A stretch of DNA of 56,948 nucleotides from Pedosphaera sp. GTDB taxonomy: Bacteria; Verrucomicrobiota; Verrucomicrobiia; Limisphaerales; SIBH01. The DNA lies in NCBI GenBank assembly GCA_031414955.1, contig JANOQV010000132.1, forward strand, positions 1-56,948. The letters run 5' to 3'. The stretch's first letter is position 1. Each line of letters opens with the position of its first letter. This document shows, one piece after another, positions 18,501-28,542 of this stretch. The translations under genes and the position numbers were made by a program. The notes beneath the pieces are model-generated. The model was not told where the DNA came from. It saw only the letters and a list, made by a program, of their open reading frames with translations, and ran no database searches.

Positions 18501-18503
18501 ACT

Positions 18504-19988
18504 ATGAAGACTTCACGCCGTGACTTCCTCAAGACGGCCAGCGCCGCCACGCTCGGTGCGCTGGCGTCCGGCTACCCGCGCCTGGCCCTGGGCGAAGACG
18601 CCCTCGAAAAAATCGCGCCGCGTGCCGACACCATCATTGTGCTCTGGATGGCCGGCGGCATGGCCCAGACGGAGACTTTCGACCCGAAGCGCTACACGCC
18701 CTTCACCAAGGGCATGAAGCCCGGCGACATGTGGAGCACCTTCCCGACGATCGACACGGCGGTGGACCACATCAAGATTTCACAAGGGCTGGAGAACATC
18801 GCGAAGGTGATGGATCGTGCCGCGCTCATCCGTGGCTACACGGCGGGCGACCTCGGGTTTATCCTGCACTCGCGGCATCAATTCCACTGGCACACCGGCT
18901 ACGCGCCGCCGCAGACCGTGGCCTGTCCGCATATCGGATCGTTCATCGCGCGCACGCTCGGGCCGAAAAATCCGGCTGTGCCCGCGTTCATCAACATCGG
19001 ACAGCGCTTTGATCTGGGCGAAGGCGAGGAGTTGAAGGCGTTCACCACGGCGGGCTTTCTCGGGAGCGAGTTTGGCCCGTTCAACGTGCCGTTCCCGGAA
19101 GCCGCCGCTGACTCGGTACGTCCCCCGATGGGCATGACGCCGGGGCGCTTCGAGAATCGCGACAAGTTTTACCGCAAGTTGGTCGAGAATTCGCCCGTGA
19201 TGCAGCACGGCGGCGGCTTCCAACGCGAGTCGTTGCTCCGCTCCATGGATAACGCGCATCGCCTGCTCAGTTCGCCCGCCGCGAAGGCCTTTGATCTCTC
19301 GCTCGAACCTCTGGAGAGCATCAAGAAATACGTGCCCGATTACACGCCCGGCAAGCGCTACAACTCGGATATGAACCGCACCGGCAGCTACGAGGCTGGG
19401 AACCTTGGGCGTTTCGGTCTGGGCTGCCTGCTGGCCCGCCGGTTGGCCGAAGTGGGTGCGCGCTACGTTGAAGTTACGACCGAATACATCCCCTTTCTCA
19501 ACTGGGACACGCACGAGAGCGGCCACGAGAAAGCCGCCAACATGAAAAAGACCATCGACGCGCCCGTGGCCCAACTGGTGCGTGATCTGGAGGAACGCGG
19601 CCTGCTCGACCGCACCCTGGTCATTCTCGCCAGCGAGTTCAGCCGTGACTCGTTGCTCGAAGGCAAGCCGGGCAAGGAAGTGCCGGGCCAGGTGCCAGTG
19701 CCAGATACCATCGAGGACATCAAGAACTACGGCATGCACCGCCACTTCACGGATGCGGGTTGCGTGCTGATGTTCGGCGGCGGGCTCAAGCGCGGCCACG
19801 TCCACGGCGAGACCGCGCCCGAACGGCCGTGCAAGACGATCAAGGACCGCGTGGTCATCGAGGATCTCCACGCCACGCTCTACACCGCCATGGGCATCTC
19901 GCCCAAGCTGGCCTACGACATCGAGAAGCGCCCGTTCTACGTGACCCGCGACGGTCAGGGGAAAGCCATCAGATCGTTGTTCGCCTGA
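18504..19988 (+). CDS. DUF1501 family protein (Tat-exported)
   Basis: SRRDFLK Tat motif, LWMAGG..Q.ETFDPK, GCLLARRL.E.G.R, WDTH, DLEERGLLD.TLV...SEF.R and DLHAT. Lies directly after the DUF1553 gene. Confidence 0.92.
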   Translation: MKTSRRDFLKTASAATLGALASGYPRLALGEDALEKIAPRADTIIVLWMAGGMAQTETFDPKRYTPFTKGMKPGDMWSTFPTIDTAVDHIKISQGLENIAKVMDRAALIRGYTAGDLGFILHSRHQFHWHTGYAPPQTVACPHIGSFIARTLGPKNPAVPAFINIGQRFDLGEGEELKAFTTAGFLGSEFGPFNVPFPEAAADSVRPPMGMTPGRFENRDKFYRKLVENSPVMQHGGGFQRESLLRSMDNAHRLLSSPAAKAFDLSLEPLESIKKYVPDYTPGKRYNSDMNRTGSYEAGNLGRFGLGCLLARRLAEVGARYVEVTTEYIPFLNWDTHESGHEKAANMKKTIDAPVAQLVRDLEERGLLDRTLVILASEFSRDSLLEGKPGKEVPGQVPVPDTIEDIKNYGMHRHFTDAGCVLMFGGGLKRGHVHGETAPERPCKTIKDRVVIEDLHATLYTAMGISPKLAYDIEKRPFYVTRDGQGKAIRSLFA

Positions 19989-20034
19989 TCGACCGCAGCG
20001 ACTGGCCGGCGCCTCAAAGTCCGGCTCTGGAATG

Positions 20035-20065
20035 AAAAAGCGGCGGCCGATTTCGGCCGCCGCTT
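20035..20065 (-). terminator. Rho-independent terminator between convergent genes
   Basis: AAGCGGCGGCCG-ATTT-CGGCCGCCGCTT hairpin followed by a U-run on the minus strand, just after the stop of the 2732-aa gene. Confidence 0.75.
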
Positions 20066-20088
20066 CGCGTTTCAATCCTGGTCCGGAC

Positions 20089-23000
20089 TCAGGGCAGAAC
20101 CACCAGTTGGTAGTAGCGCTGTCCGGTCGGGGAGAGAGAGATGTCGTCGTTGATGCTCAACAGGCTATCACTTTCCACGGTGAGCGGGGAGCCAAGGTTG
20201 GTCCATTCCAAATCGCCCAGCGCATTTTTGTATTTCACCTGATACGTGCGTCCGCCGGTCGCGGCCCAGGTCAGGGTGAGTTCATTGCCGACCAGGCTGG
20301 GCACGGCGAAGTCGGGCAGCGACAGCACTCGGACCTGCACATTTTCGGAGTCGCTCAGGACGGGCGAGCCGTTGTCGCTGACTCGAATGGTGATGAGGTT
20401 GGTTCCAGCCAGACCCGGCGTCCAGGTGAAGGCTCCGGAGTTCAGGTCAATGGCCGCGCCCGGAGGCGCACCTGGATCGAGGGTGAAGCCCAGCGTCTGT
20501 CCGCCATCGGAATCGGAGGCCGTGGCGGTGAAGGCCAGGGGCTGGTTCACGAAGACGATCTTGCCACCAATCGGGTCGAGCACGGGCGAATTGTTACCTA
20601 TGCCAGGCACGTAATTGGAAGCGCGCGGGGTCTGGTTGGTCGGCATGTGGTAAACGAGTGGTCCGCCGTTGGGATAGCGGCCTTCGCTCACGTTGCCCGT
20701 GGCGTTGGTGAAGGTGATGGCGTCGATCTGCGTGCCGTCGGCGGCGAACAGTCCGATGGCCTCGCCGGCGGTGGCGAGCTGGAAGTTTACGTGCAGATCG
20801 GGGCGCGGCAGTCCGCCGGAAACATTCTGGCCCGTTTCATTGTCGGCCCAGACGAGCAGGAAGCCCTGGCCGGGAATGAAGTGCGGGCCGTTGGTCGTAA
20901 TCAGGTACTTGAACTTGTTGGCCAGCGTATCGGTCAAGTAGTAGCCGGCGAGGTCGACGCTGTTGGTGGATGGATTGTAGAGTTCGAACCAGTCGTCGTT
21001 GTCGTTGTCGGCCGGGTCGGCGAGGTAGTTGGTGTTGCTGGCCATCCACTCGTTGATGAACACCACCAGCGGGCCGGAGCGTCCGTCATTGTTGGTTCCG
21101 GCCGTGACGTAGAAGAACTCCTGCCGGTCGAAAGGCTGCCCGTCCGGGAACGAGCCATAGGAACGGTTGGCCGAAATGCCGGCGTAATTCACATAATCCA
21201 GCACGCGCGGGGCGTTGGTGTGGAGGTAGGAGAGCGCGATGGATCCGGAGCCGCTGGGCAGGATGAATTCAGTGTGAAGTTGGGCCGGCGTGCTCTCGCC
21301 CGCTTCACCGTCGCAGATGATGATCATGAACTGCGTCGGGCCGATGCTGTAACCCGCCGGGATGGCGAAGCTGGTCAGGTTCGTGTAGGTCGTCGAGAGA
21401 TACAACCCGTCGAGAGACACGGGGCTGGTGCTGGCATTGTAGATTTCAATCCAAGGCTCGCGTTCGCCGTTGTTGTCCAAGAGTCCGTTCACGTTGTCGG
21501 CTTGGAGTTCATTGATCCAGAGCGTGGGGAAGGCGGGCAGATTGGTCGTGCCCTGGTTGGCCGTGCCCGGAGTGAGGGAGTTGATGGCGGGACTGACCAA
21601 GGTGGGCGGGATGTAGTTCGACGGAGTGGTGAACACGCCGATGTTGGTGAGCACGTTGAGCGGGCCGCTGTTGAGGATTTTCACCGTCAGGTTGGTGGCC
21701 TTGTTGCCGGGCAAGTTGGTGGCGTAATACCAGAAGCTAAGGTTGTGAACCGCGTTGGTCAGGGGCGCGGGCGAGAGCAACTGGGAGATCACGCGCGGTT
21801 GGGCATTGCCGAAGCTCAGGCAATCTACCTTCAACGCGCCGCTGCCGCCATGCACCGGGTTGCCGACGATGAGGGTGTTGGTGTAATTGGTGCCAATGTG
21901 CCAACTGTTCGTGACCGGCACGGCTTCGAGCAGCGGGCCGGTTTCAAAGTCGCCATTGCGTACTAAGTTGGTCCCGACCCCGACATTCGTGCCGACCACC
22001 ACCACGATGTCATCAATCACCACGTTGGCCCCGTTGATCTCCCCGTTGCCCAAGTTGATGACGAGGCGCATCTGGTTGCCGCCAGCCCCAGGTCCGGCGA
22101 TTCCCGTGGCGCTGACAAAACGCCAACCGGAATAGACCGTTTCCGGCGTGGAGATGCCACCACCGTACACGGCGGGCAGATAGCTGCTAAACCAGTTGCC
22201 CACGCGGGCATTTTCCTGGGCCGCGTCGATCAACTGGAAGGAGGAGCCAGTGCCGCTGGCGGCGTCCGGCCACGGCAGAGGCCCATCGTAACGCACCCGG
22301 TCCACGACGAGATCAACGTCGTTGGTGGTGGGAGCCGGTTTGATGAGCGAGAGCGTCTCGCCGTCGGTCTGGAGGCCACCAGGGAACTGATCGAAGGCCG
22401 GCACCAGACCGCCGTAGGCATTCGCATATTGCACTCGGTCCTTGGTCAGGACGAGGAAGCCGCGCGGCCCGATGGTCGCGCCCTCAGGGAAAGTGTAGTC
22501 GAGGCCATTCACGCGCCAACCGGAGAGGTCAAAGGTGAAGTTGGTGGCGCGGTTGAAGATCTCCACATATTCCGCGCCGAAGACCAGCGGGTTGGACATG
22601 ATCTCGTTGAACACCAGGTTGCCCACCGGGTTTTCGACCACGCCGGTGTAATTAACCGAAACTACGCGAGCCGTGCCGGGAATGGCGTTGCTCAACCGCC
22701 CGTAGCCCTGGAAGGCGAAGTCGTTCAAGCCGGTGACACTGACCGGGACGCGCACGCTCCAGTCCGTCTGGCTCGTCCAGGTGATCGGATAGGCGATGCC
22801 GTTGATCTCGAAAAACTTGATCTCGATCGGAGCCGTGCCGGTGAGCGTGACGATGTTGCTGCCGGAGGTGAAGTTCGTCGCGCTGGTGAAGTTGAAACTG
22901 GCGGATGGGATCTGGGTCAAGATGTAGGCGCGGCGCCCGGCCACGTAGGCCTTGATGGTGGACACCGTCCCGGCGTTGGCCGCAGTGACACCGTTGGCCA

Positions 23001-26000
23001 GATGCGCCGCCATCTTCGCATCCAGAATGGGATCGAGATAGGTGTTATTGAGCGGCCCGTCGGTCATGTCCCGCATGGCTCGCCAATACATGCGACGAAT
23101 CTCCGGCGTGGCATAGAGGGCCGCGATTCTCGGATCGTTCACCTGGAAAATATCCTGGCCGGTGCCGTCCCCGCCCACGCCCATGGTGAAGTCGATGTCC
23201 CAGGTCAACATGCCGAACTTGCTGTTGTTGGGCCGGTAGGTGTAGGCGTTCTTACCCCGGCGGTAGCCGTAGCTGTCCCAGTTGCCGCAAGTGTGCTGCG
23301 CGCAAAAAATCCGCATCCACTGCTCCAGGTCCGCGACCTGGCTCAACTGCTTCACCATGTAATCAGGCAGAGGGTTGATGGCCGAGTTGGTGGTCGGACT
23401 GATGATGTCCACCAGCGCGAAGAGATTGGTGTAGTCGTTGGCCGACTCGGAGGCGCTCACGGAGCGTTTGCGCCACATGAAACGGTAATGGGCCATCTTG
23501 AGCTGGTTCACGCCGTTGTAGGGCGACATGGTCCGGGTCAACTGGGCGTTGCCTTCGCCGCCATGGGCATCGCCCGCGTCATTGTACTCGAAGCGGTCTT
23601 CGATCTTGTAGAGCTGCCCTTCACTCTCATTGGGCCACCATTCCTTGATCGCGTCGCCGTTGGGCTGCTGCGAGTCCTCCATGATGAAAGGCACGCCGCC
23701 CGTGGTGCTGCGCCGGTTGCCGTTCACGAACAGATGAATGTAGCGACGGTAATTGTAGTGGATCCCCATCTGCCGGAAGAGGATGTAGGTGGTCTGTTCG
23801 GACTGGGCGCTACCGTCGCTGCCCGTGTCGCCGGACGGATTGCCGATGGTGTTGAGCACGAAGTCCGTCTGGCCCAGCAGCAAATCGTCCTCCGGGAAGT
23901 TGAGCACATAATCCACCCGGGTGCTCGGTGCCACCGGGCTGACCATTTGGCCCACATGCCAGACGCTGCCGCCGTACTGCGGCTGCAAGTTATAGATCAC
24001 GCGGAAGTTGTTATAGACGAAGGTCGCGTCCAGCCCGGCGTTGTTCAAACGCACGCGAGCCACCCAGCGGTCGATTGTTTCCTGCGTGATCCAAAAATGG
24101 TAGGTGGAGTAGCTGCCGGGCAACTGCTCTTCGCCCCAGCGGATCATGCATTCGCGCTTGGGTGAATCGACCGGGAAAACACGGGTCAGCGCGTTGGCCG
24201 GGAAGAGGTTCGTGGCCTTGACCACGGCGTTGTCCGCCGCCTGGATGTGAAAGGCCGCGAGCGTGCCCGAGACCTGGCCGGGAATGGTGGCGCTGTACAA
24301 ACCATCACCCGCCACCACATCGCCCGCCGTGCCGTTGTCCACCATGGTCACGTTGTTGAAGGTTTGGCTGGGATCGAGGCGGTAGCGGAGCAGCAGGGTG
24401 GAAAGTCCATCTGGGTCGCTGGCGCGGGCTGTCACCACCACCGCCGCGCTGGCCGCAGGGAGAATCGGGCTGTGGACCACGTCCGAAATCGCCGGAGCGG
24501 AGTTGCCCTGGTAACGGCTGTTGACCGCTCCGGGTGTGCCGAGGTTCTTCGGCACGGGCAGACGCCCTGGGGCTTCCATGCCGCCACCGTGGAATCGGAG
24601 CAACACTTCCGGGAATCCCCGCAACCAGCGCGCCTTGGCGCGCAGCGTGACGATGGTGTTCAACGCGAACGTGGCCGTGAAGGAATTGCCCGTATTCGAG
24701 CGCACCTTGTTCGAGCCGGTGTCGCCACGGGAAGCGCCTCGGATGTGCAGGCTCTTGGCCCCGGTGAAACCGACATTCTCAATGGACGATTGGTCGTGAG
24801 AACCTTGCGGCGTCCAGTTCGACAGGTCGGTCTCGAAACCGCCGTTGATCATGATGTTGGCGTTGCCGGGTTGGGGACGAACCTCGATGTCGTCCACCAA
24901 GGCTTCGCCGACGCCGAGCATATAGACGTGAATGTTGTCATGGGTCTGGGTCCATTCATCATCGACGCTGCCCGTGGCCTCGAAGCTGGTCCAGGTGCTC
25001 TTGGCCGTCTCATCGCTGTCCGCCCAGTTGGCCGCCAACTGGGTGTCGCTGCGGGGATCGATCAGCTCCAGGCTGCTGCCGCCGCCATCGGACCACAGGC
25101 CCCAGCGCCCGCCCTTGCTGTAGGTCACGTCGTTCATCGCGTAACGGAACGACACGTTGGTCAGAACCTGGCCGCTGCCGTTGGTCGTCACTTCGTAATC
25201 GGGCGCCGAGAGCACGACGTGTTCGCCGCCATTGGCCAGCGAGCCGTCGTAATTGCCGAAGAGGTTGGTGCTGTTCAGGGTCGTGTAATTGTTGGCCAGC
25301 AATTGATCCTTGTTCCGGCCCACGACGACATAAGCCCCAGGCTGAATCATGGTGTTCTTCGGGAACGTGTAATCGATGCCGTCGGTGAAACGCCAGTCGC
25401 CGAGGTTTACCGCGCTGCTGCCCCGGTTGTAGAGTTCCACGAACTCATCATCGCTGTCCCCGGAGATCGGGTTGTACATCATTTCGTTGATCACGATCGG
25501 ACTGTTGGTCGGTGCGGAGTTGGTCGTGCCGGGCGTAAGGGCCGACAGGCGTTGGAAGCGGGGCGCGCCATCCGGATAACGGCCCGAGGAAACACCATTC
25601 TCCTGGCCGTCGAAGCCGATCGCGTCGATCACGCGCGTCTGGTTGGAGTTGACCAGCACGATCTGCTCGCCGCTCGAGGAGAGCGCAAAGCCCAGATTGA
25701 GCGGGCCGGGAACAGTCGTGGCGGTGAAGGCGATGAACCCGCGCCCCGCCAGCACCGTGCCGTCGGCAATACGGTATTTGTTCGTGGTCACGGTGTCGCT
25801 CAACCAGAAACCGGAGATGTCCACCGGGGTTGTGCCGTGGTTGTAGAGTTCTATTCCGTCTTCCAGCGGCAAATCGGTGTGGGCCAGGAATTCGTTGATC
25901 ACGACATTGCGCGCCGGTTCGGACGATCCGATCGGATCGTAGCGCCCCGGTGAACCGCCCACGGAATCGCTCGCCGCCCAAGCTTGCCGGCTGCCCTCAC

Positions 26001-28287
26001 CGTAGGAAGGTCGGGCCAGCACCAAAGAATGCCCGCCGCCATCGGCCTCGATGGGCCAGGGATATTTGGTGCCGAAGCTCGCATCCAACAACACCTGCCC
26101 GGCCATGCCGTGCAACTTCACGGTGCCGCCCGCGTTGTTCAGTCCGTTCGTGATGATCGGTTGCTCGTCGATGTCGAGGCCGTTGGTCACGCCGTACTCC
26201 AGCACGCCGCTGATACCATAAACCGACTGCACGTCCGCCTTGATCTTGGCCAGCACCAGGAATCCTCCGCCGGGTAAAATCGTGTTGCTCGGGAAGGCGT
26301 AATTCACGTCGCCCGACAAGCGTTGGCCGGTCAAGTCTTCCCAGATGGGAAGGGAATTGTAGATCTCGATGAACTCGACTTGCTTGCCATCGGGACGATC
26401 CTTCGGATGGTAATGGATTTCCGAAATGACCAACCCGGTGCGACGGGAGGAGGCACCGAGCGGCTCGCGGTTGGCCGAGTAAGGCACCACCGTGCCGCCC
26501 ACCGCCGTGCCATAATCGCGGAACCGCGCGGTGGCGGCCTGCCCGCTGGTGCCGCTGGTGACGGCGAAACCGACGAACATGGAAGCCGGCGCAGCCCCGA
26601 GATTCACACTGCCCAGTTGCACCCAACTGCTGCCATCAAAACTGCCGAAGCCGGTGAACACGGTGCCGACCCGCTGCAAGCGCAGCCAGGTGTAAGGATA
26701 ATTCACCGGGAACCAGCCCGCCGTCGTAGCCGCAGCCGCCGTCGTGGCGCGGGACTGAAAGTAGGAACCCATCACGCTCGGCGTGGCCACACTGGCGGCG
26801 AACCGGCTGGTGGCAGTCAGAGTTTCACGCGCCATCAAGCTCGACACGGCCAGGGCGTTGCTTGCCGAAAAGGATTCCACTCGCACCTTGACGTCGAAGT
26901 CGCCGGCGATCTGCTGGTAGCCCAGGGTGAACTGGTCCGACGTCCCAGAAATGTTTGCGCCACTGCCGGTGACATTGAATCCATTGCCCGCTTCCACGAC
27001 CGACCCAGGAAGGCCGGGCGAACCAATGTCCGCGTAAGTGATATTCGCGGCAGTGAAGGAAGCCTGGCTGTTCGCGGTCACGGGATTCGCGGCCGCAGAT
27101 TGATCCGTCACGCCATTGACCGTCACCCTGTAGTTCGTCCCCGGAGTCAGCGGCGTCACCGTGAAGATGACATTAGTCTGCGTGGCATCGAGCACGATGT
27201 TGGAGATGGTCAGCACCCCAAGCGCGCTGGTGATGGAGTAATTCGCCAGATTGGTCGCGCTGGCCAGGAGCAGCCGTTCCGAGAAGGAGGCCAGCACTTG
27301 ATTGTTGCCGGCCTGCGCCAGACTGAGCAGCACCGGAGCCACCCCATCCGCATTCACGGTCAAGGTCGCCACCGTGCTCGTCGCGTAATAGGTGATGCTG
27401 GTGACGACGTTCTGCGCCACGGCCTTGAACTGTAGTCCATTAAAATGCAATGGCGCGGCCGCGATATTGTAAGTCGCCGCCGTCGCCCCAGGAAGCGCCA
27501 CGTCATTCGTGTACCACTGGTAAACCGGAGACGGATTGCCACTCGCGCCCACCGTGAAGCTCGTCGCCTGCTGCAACTCCGCCACCGTCTGGTTCGCGGG
27601 GTGGCCGGTGATGGCCACCGGAATCTGAATGGCCGGCACCGCCGTGGCGGAGAAGTTGTCGATCTGGTACACAGTGTCCGGCGTGCCCGAGCCATTGTCA
27701 TCCGACCAGAGGAGGTAAAGTGACGTGCCGCTGGTCCAGGCGACGCTCAACGTGGCCGTCAACCGCCCCGGGCCGTTCGTCGCGAAGTTGTCGATCAGCA
27801 CCCAGCTCCCCGCCGCGCCGGTCAGGCTGTAGAAGGCCCGGTGCCCATCCACTTCCTCGGCCACCGGAGCGGAGGTGGCCAAATCGTAACCGATCGTCAC
27901 GCTGCTGGCGTTGAGGCCGATATTGTTGACCAAAGTACACATCAGGAGCGTGGCCTGGTTGCCGGTGGGCCGAGTTTGCAGCAACAGCCCGGCTGAACTC
28001 CAGGTCGCCATGCCATTCGCGGCCGGCGGCACCGTGGCGTCTGACACCGTGCTCGTGTTGACGCTGGCGGCGGCGATGGTTTGCACCGCCGCATCGGCGG
28101 CCCCGGCCGCCGTGACGTCCGTACCCGCGCCCGCGACGGAGAACGTGCTCCAGTCCGCAATCGAAGGCTGGAAGTTAAAACTATTGGTGTAGCCCGCGCC
28201 GGTGACCGAAGCCGCCCGCGCGGATGGAGTTGAGCTGCCGACGGCCAGAAGCGCCGGAATCAGGAACAGGAAGCGTAGTTTGTGCAT
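20089..28287 (-). CDS. Giant secreted lamin-tail-domain / CotH-kinase-like protein with Ig-like and lectin-like domains
   Basis: Signal peptide MHKLRFLFLIPALLAVG..ARA. Several (V/I)INE.....D..EF.E(L/I)YN.....VDL.G..L.D lamin-tail repeats. DNGTAGDVVAGDGLYSATI. CotH-like core (LFVNG, LYKIE, GNWDSY...KNAY, WDIDF). C-terminal module ending RYYQLVVLP. Confidence 0.88.
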   Translation of the reverse strand: MHKLRFLFLIPALLAVGSSTPSARAASVTGAGYTNSFNFQPSIADWSTFSVAGAGTDVTAAGAADAAVQTIAAASVNTSTVSDATVPPAANGMATWSSAGLLLQTRPTGNQATLLMCTLVNNIGLNASSVTIGYDLATSAPVAEEVDGHRAFYSLTGAAGSWVLIDNFATNGPGRLTATLSVAWTSGTSLYLLWSDDNGSGTPDTVYQIDNFSATAVPAIQIPVAITGHPANQTVAELQQATSFTVGASGNPSPVYQWYTNDVALPGATAATYNIAAAPLHFNGLQFKAVAQNVVTSITYYATSTVATLTVNADGVAPVLLSLAQAGNNQVLASFSERLLLASATNLANYSITSALGVLTISNIVLDATQTNVIFTVTPLTPGTNYRVTVNGVTDQSAAANPVTANSQASFTAANITYADIGSPGLPGSVVEAGNGFNVTGSGANISGTSDQFTLGYQQIAGDFDVKVRVESFSASNALAVSSLMARETLTATSRFAASVATPSVMGSYFQSRATTAAAATTAGWFPVNYPYTWLRLQRVGTVFTGFGSFDGSSWVQLGSVNLGAAPASMFVGFAVTSGTSGQAATARFRDYGTAVGGTVVPYSANREPLGASSRRTGLVISEIHYHPKDRPDGKQVEFIEIYNSLPIWEDLTGQRLSGDVNYAFPSNTILPGGGFLVLAKIKADVQSVYGISGVLEYGVTNGLDIDEQPIITNGLNNAGGTVKLHGMAGQVLLDASFGTKYPWPIEADGGGHSLVLARPSYGEGSRQAWAASDSVGGSPGRYDPIGSSEPARNVVINEFLAHTDLPLEDGIELYNHGTTPVDISGFWLSDTVTTNKYRIADGTVLAGRGFIAFTATTVPGPLNLGFALSSSGEQIVLVNSNQTRVIDAIGFDGQENGVSSGRYPDGAPRFQRLSALTPGTTNSAPTNSPIVINEMMYNPISGDSDDEFVELYNRGSSAVNLGDWRFTDGIDYTFPKNTMIQPGAYVVVGRNKDQLLANNYTTLNSTNLFGNYDGSLANGGEHVVLSAPDYEVTTNGSGQVLTNVSFRYAMNDVTYSKGGRWGLWSDGGGSSLELIDPRSDTQLAANWADSDETAKSTWTSFEATGSVDDEWTQTHDNIHVYMLGVGEALVDDIEVRPQPGNANIMINGGFETDLSNWTPQGSHDQSSIENVGFTGAKSLHIRGASRGDTGSNKVRSNTGNSFTATFALNTIVTLRAKARWLRGFPEVLLRFHGGGMEAPGRLPVPKNLGTPGAVNSRYQGNSAPAISDVVHSPILPAASAAVVVTARASDPDGLSTLLLRYRLDPSQTFNNVTMVDNGTAGDVVAGDGLYSATIPGQVSGTLAAFHIQAADNAVVKATNLFPANALTRVFPVDSPKRECMIRWGEEQLPGSYSTYHFWITQETIDRWVARVRLNNAGLDATFVYNNFRVIYNLQPQYGGSVWHVGQMVSPVAPSTRVDYVLNFPEDDLLLGQTDFVLNTIGNPSGDTGSDGSAQSEQTTYILFRQMGIHYNYRRYIHLFVNGNRRSTTGGVPFIMEDSQQPNGDAIKEWWPNESEGQLYKIEDRFEYNDAGDAHGGEGNAQLTRTMSPYNGVNQLKMAHYRFMWRKRSVSASESANDYTNLFALVDIISPTTNSAINPLPDYMVKQLSQVADLEQWMRIFCAQHTCGNWDSYGYRRGKNAYTYRPNNSKFGMLTWDIDFTMGVGGDGTGQDIFQVNDPRIAALYATPEIRRMYWRAMRDMTDGPLNNTYLDPILDAKMAAHLANGVTAANAGTVSTIKAYVAGRRAYILTQIPSASFNFTSATNFTSGSNIVTLTGTAPIEIKFFEINGIAYPITWTSQTDWSVRVPVSVTGLNDFAFQGYGRLSNAIPGTARVVSVNYTGVVENPVGNLVFNEIMSNPLVFGAEYVEIFNRATNFTFDLSGWRVNGLDYTFPEGATIGPRGFLVLTKDRVQYANAYGGLVPAFDQFPGGLQTDGETLSLIKPAPTTNDVDLVVDRVRYDGPLPWPDAASGTGSSFQLIDAAQENARVGNWFSSYLPAVYGGGISTPETVYSGWRFVSATGIAGPGAGGNQMRLVINLGNGEINGANVVIDDIVVVVGTNVGVGTNLVRNGDFETGPLLEAVPVTNSWHIGTNYTNTLIVGNPVHGGSGALKVDCLSFGNAQPRVISQLLSPAPLTNAVHNLSFWYYATNLPGNKATNLTVKILNSGPLNVLTNIGVFTTPSNYIPPTLVSPAINSLTPGTANQGTTNLPAFPTLWINELQADNVNGLLDNNGEREPWIEIYNASTSPVSLDGLYLSTTYTNLTSFAIPAGYSIGPTQFMIIICDGEAGESTPAQLHTEFILPSGSGSIALSYLHTNAPRVLDYVNYAGISANRSYGSFPDGQPFDRQEFFYVTAGTNNDGRSGPLVVFINEWMASNTNYLADPADNDNDDWFELYNPSTNSVDLAGYYLTDTLANKFKYLITTNGPHFIPGQGFLLVWADNETGQNVSGGLPRPDLHVNFQLATAGEAIGLFAADGTQIDAITFTNATGNVSEGRYPNGGPLVYHMPTNQTPRASNYVPGIGNNSPVLDPIGGKIVFVNQPLAFTATASDSDGGQTLGFTLDPGAPPGAAIDLNSGAFTWTPGLAGTNLITIRVSDNGSPVLSDSENVQVRVLSLPDFAVPSLVGNELTLTWAATGGRTYQVKYKNALGDLEWTNLGSPLTVESDSLLSINDDISLSPTGQRYYQLVVLP

Positions 28288-28542
28288 AGATATTTATGTT
28301 CAGAAACAGAGGCCGAGAAATGCGCGCCGCCATAATGGATGGGGCGCAACACAACCGCGCAGTACTCGCCTGAGTACACGGCAACGTGGCAAAGGGCTGG
28401 CCGCTGGTTGTGCATGGGTTGGCGGAAATATACCCAGCACCTCCGCCATTGCAATACGGCAGTTCCGTGGAGGCGTGAATTTATATTCACCTGCGGCCTT
28501 CGCGCTTCCTTTCCCTCCCCGAACTGTCCAAACTCCAGCCTC

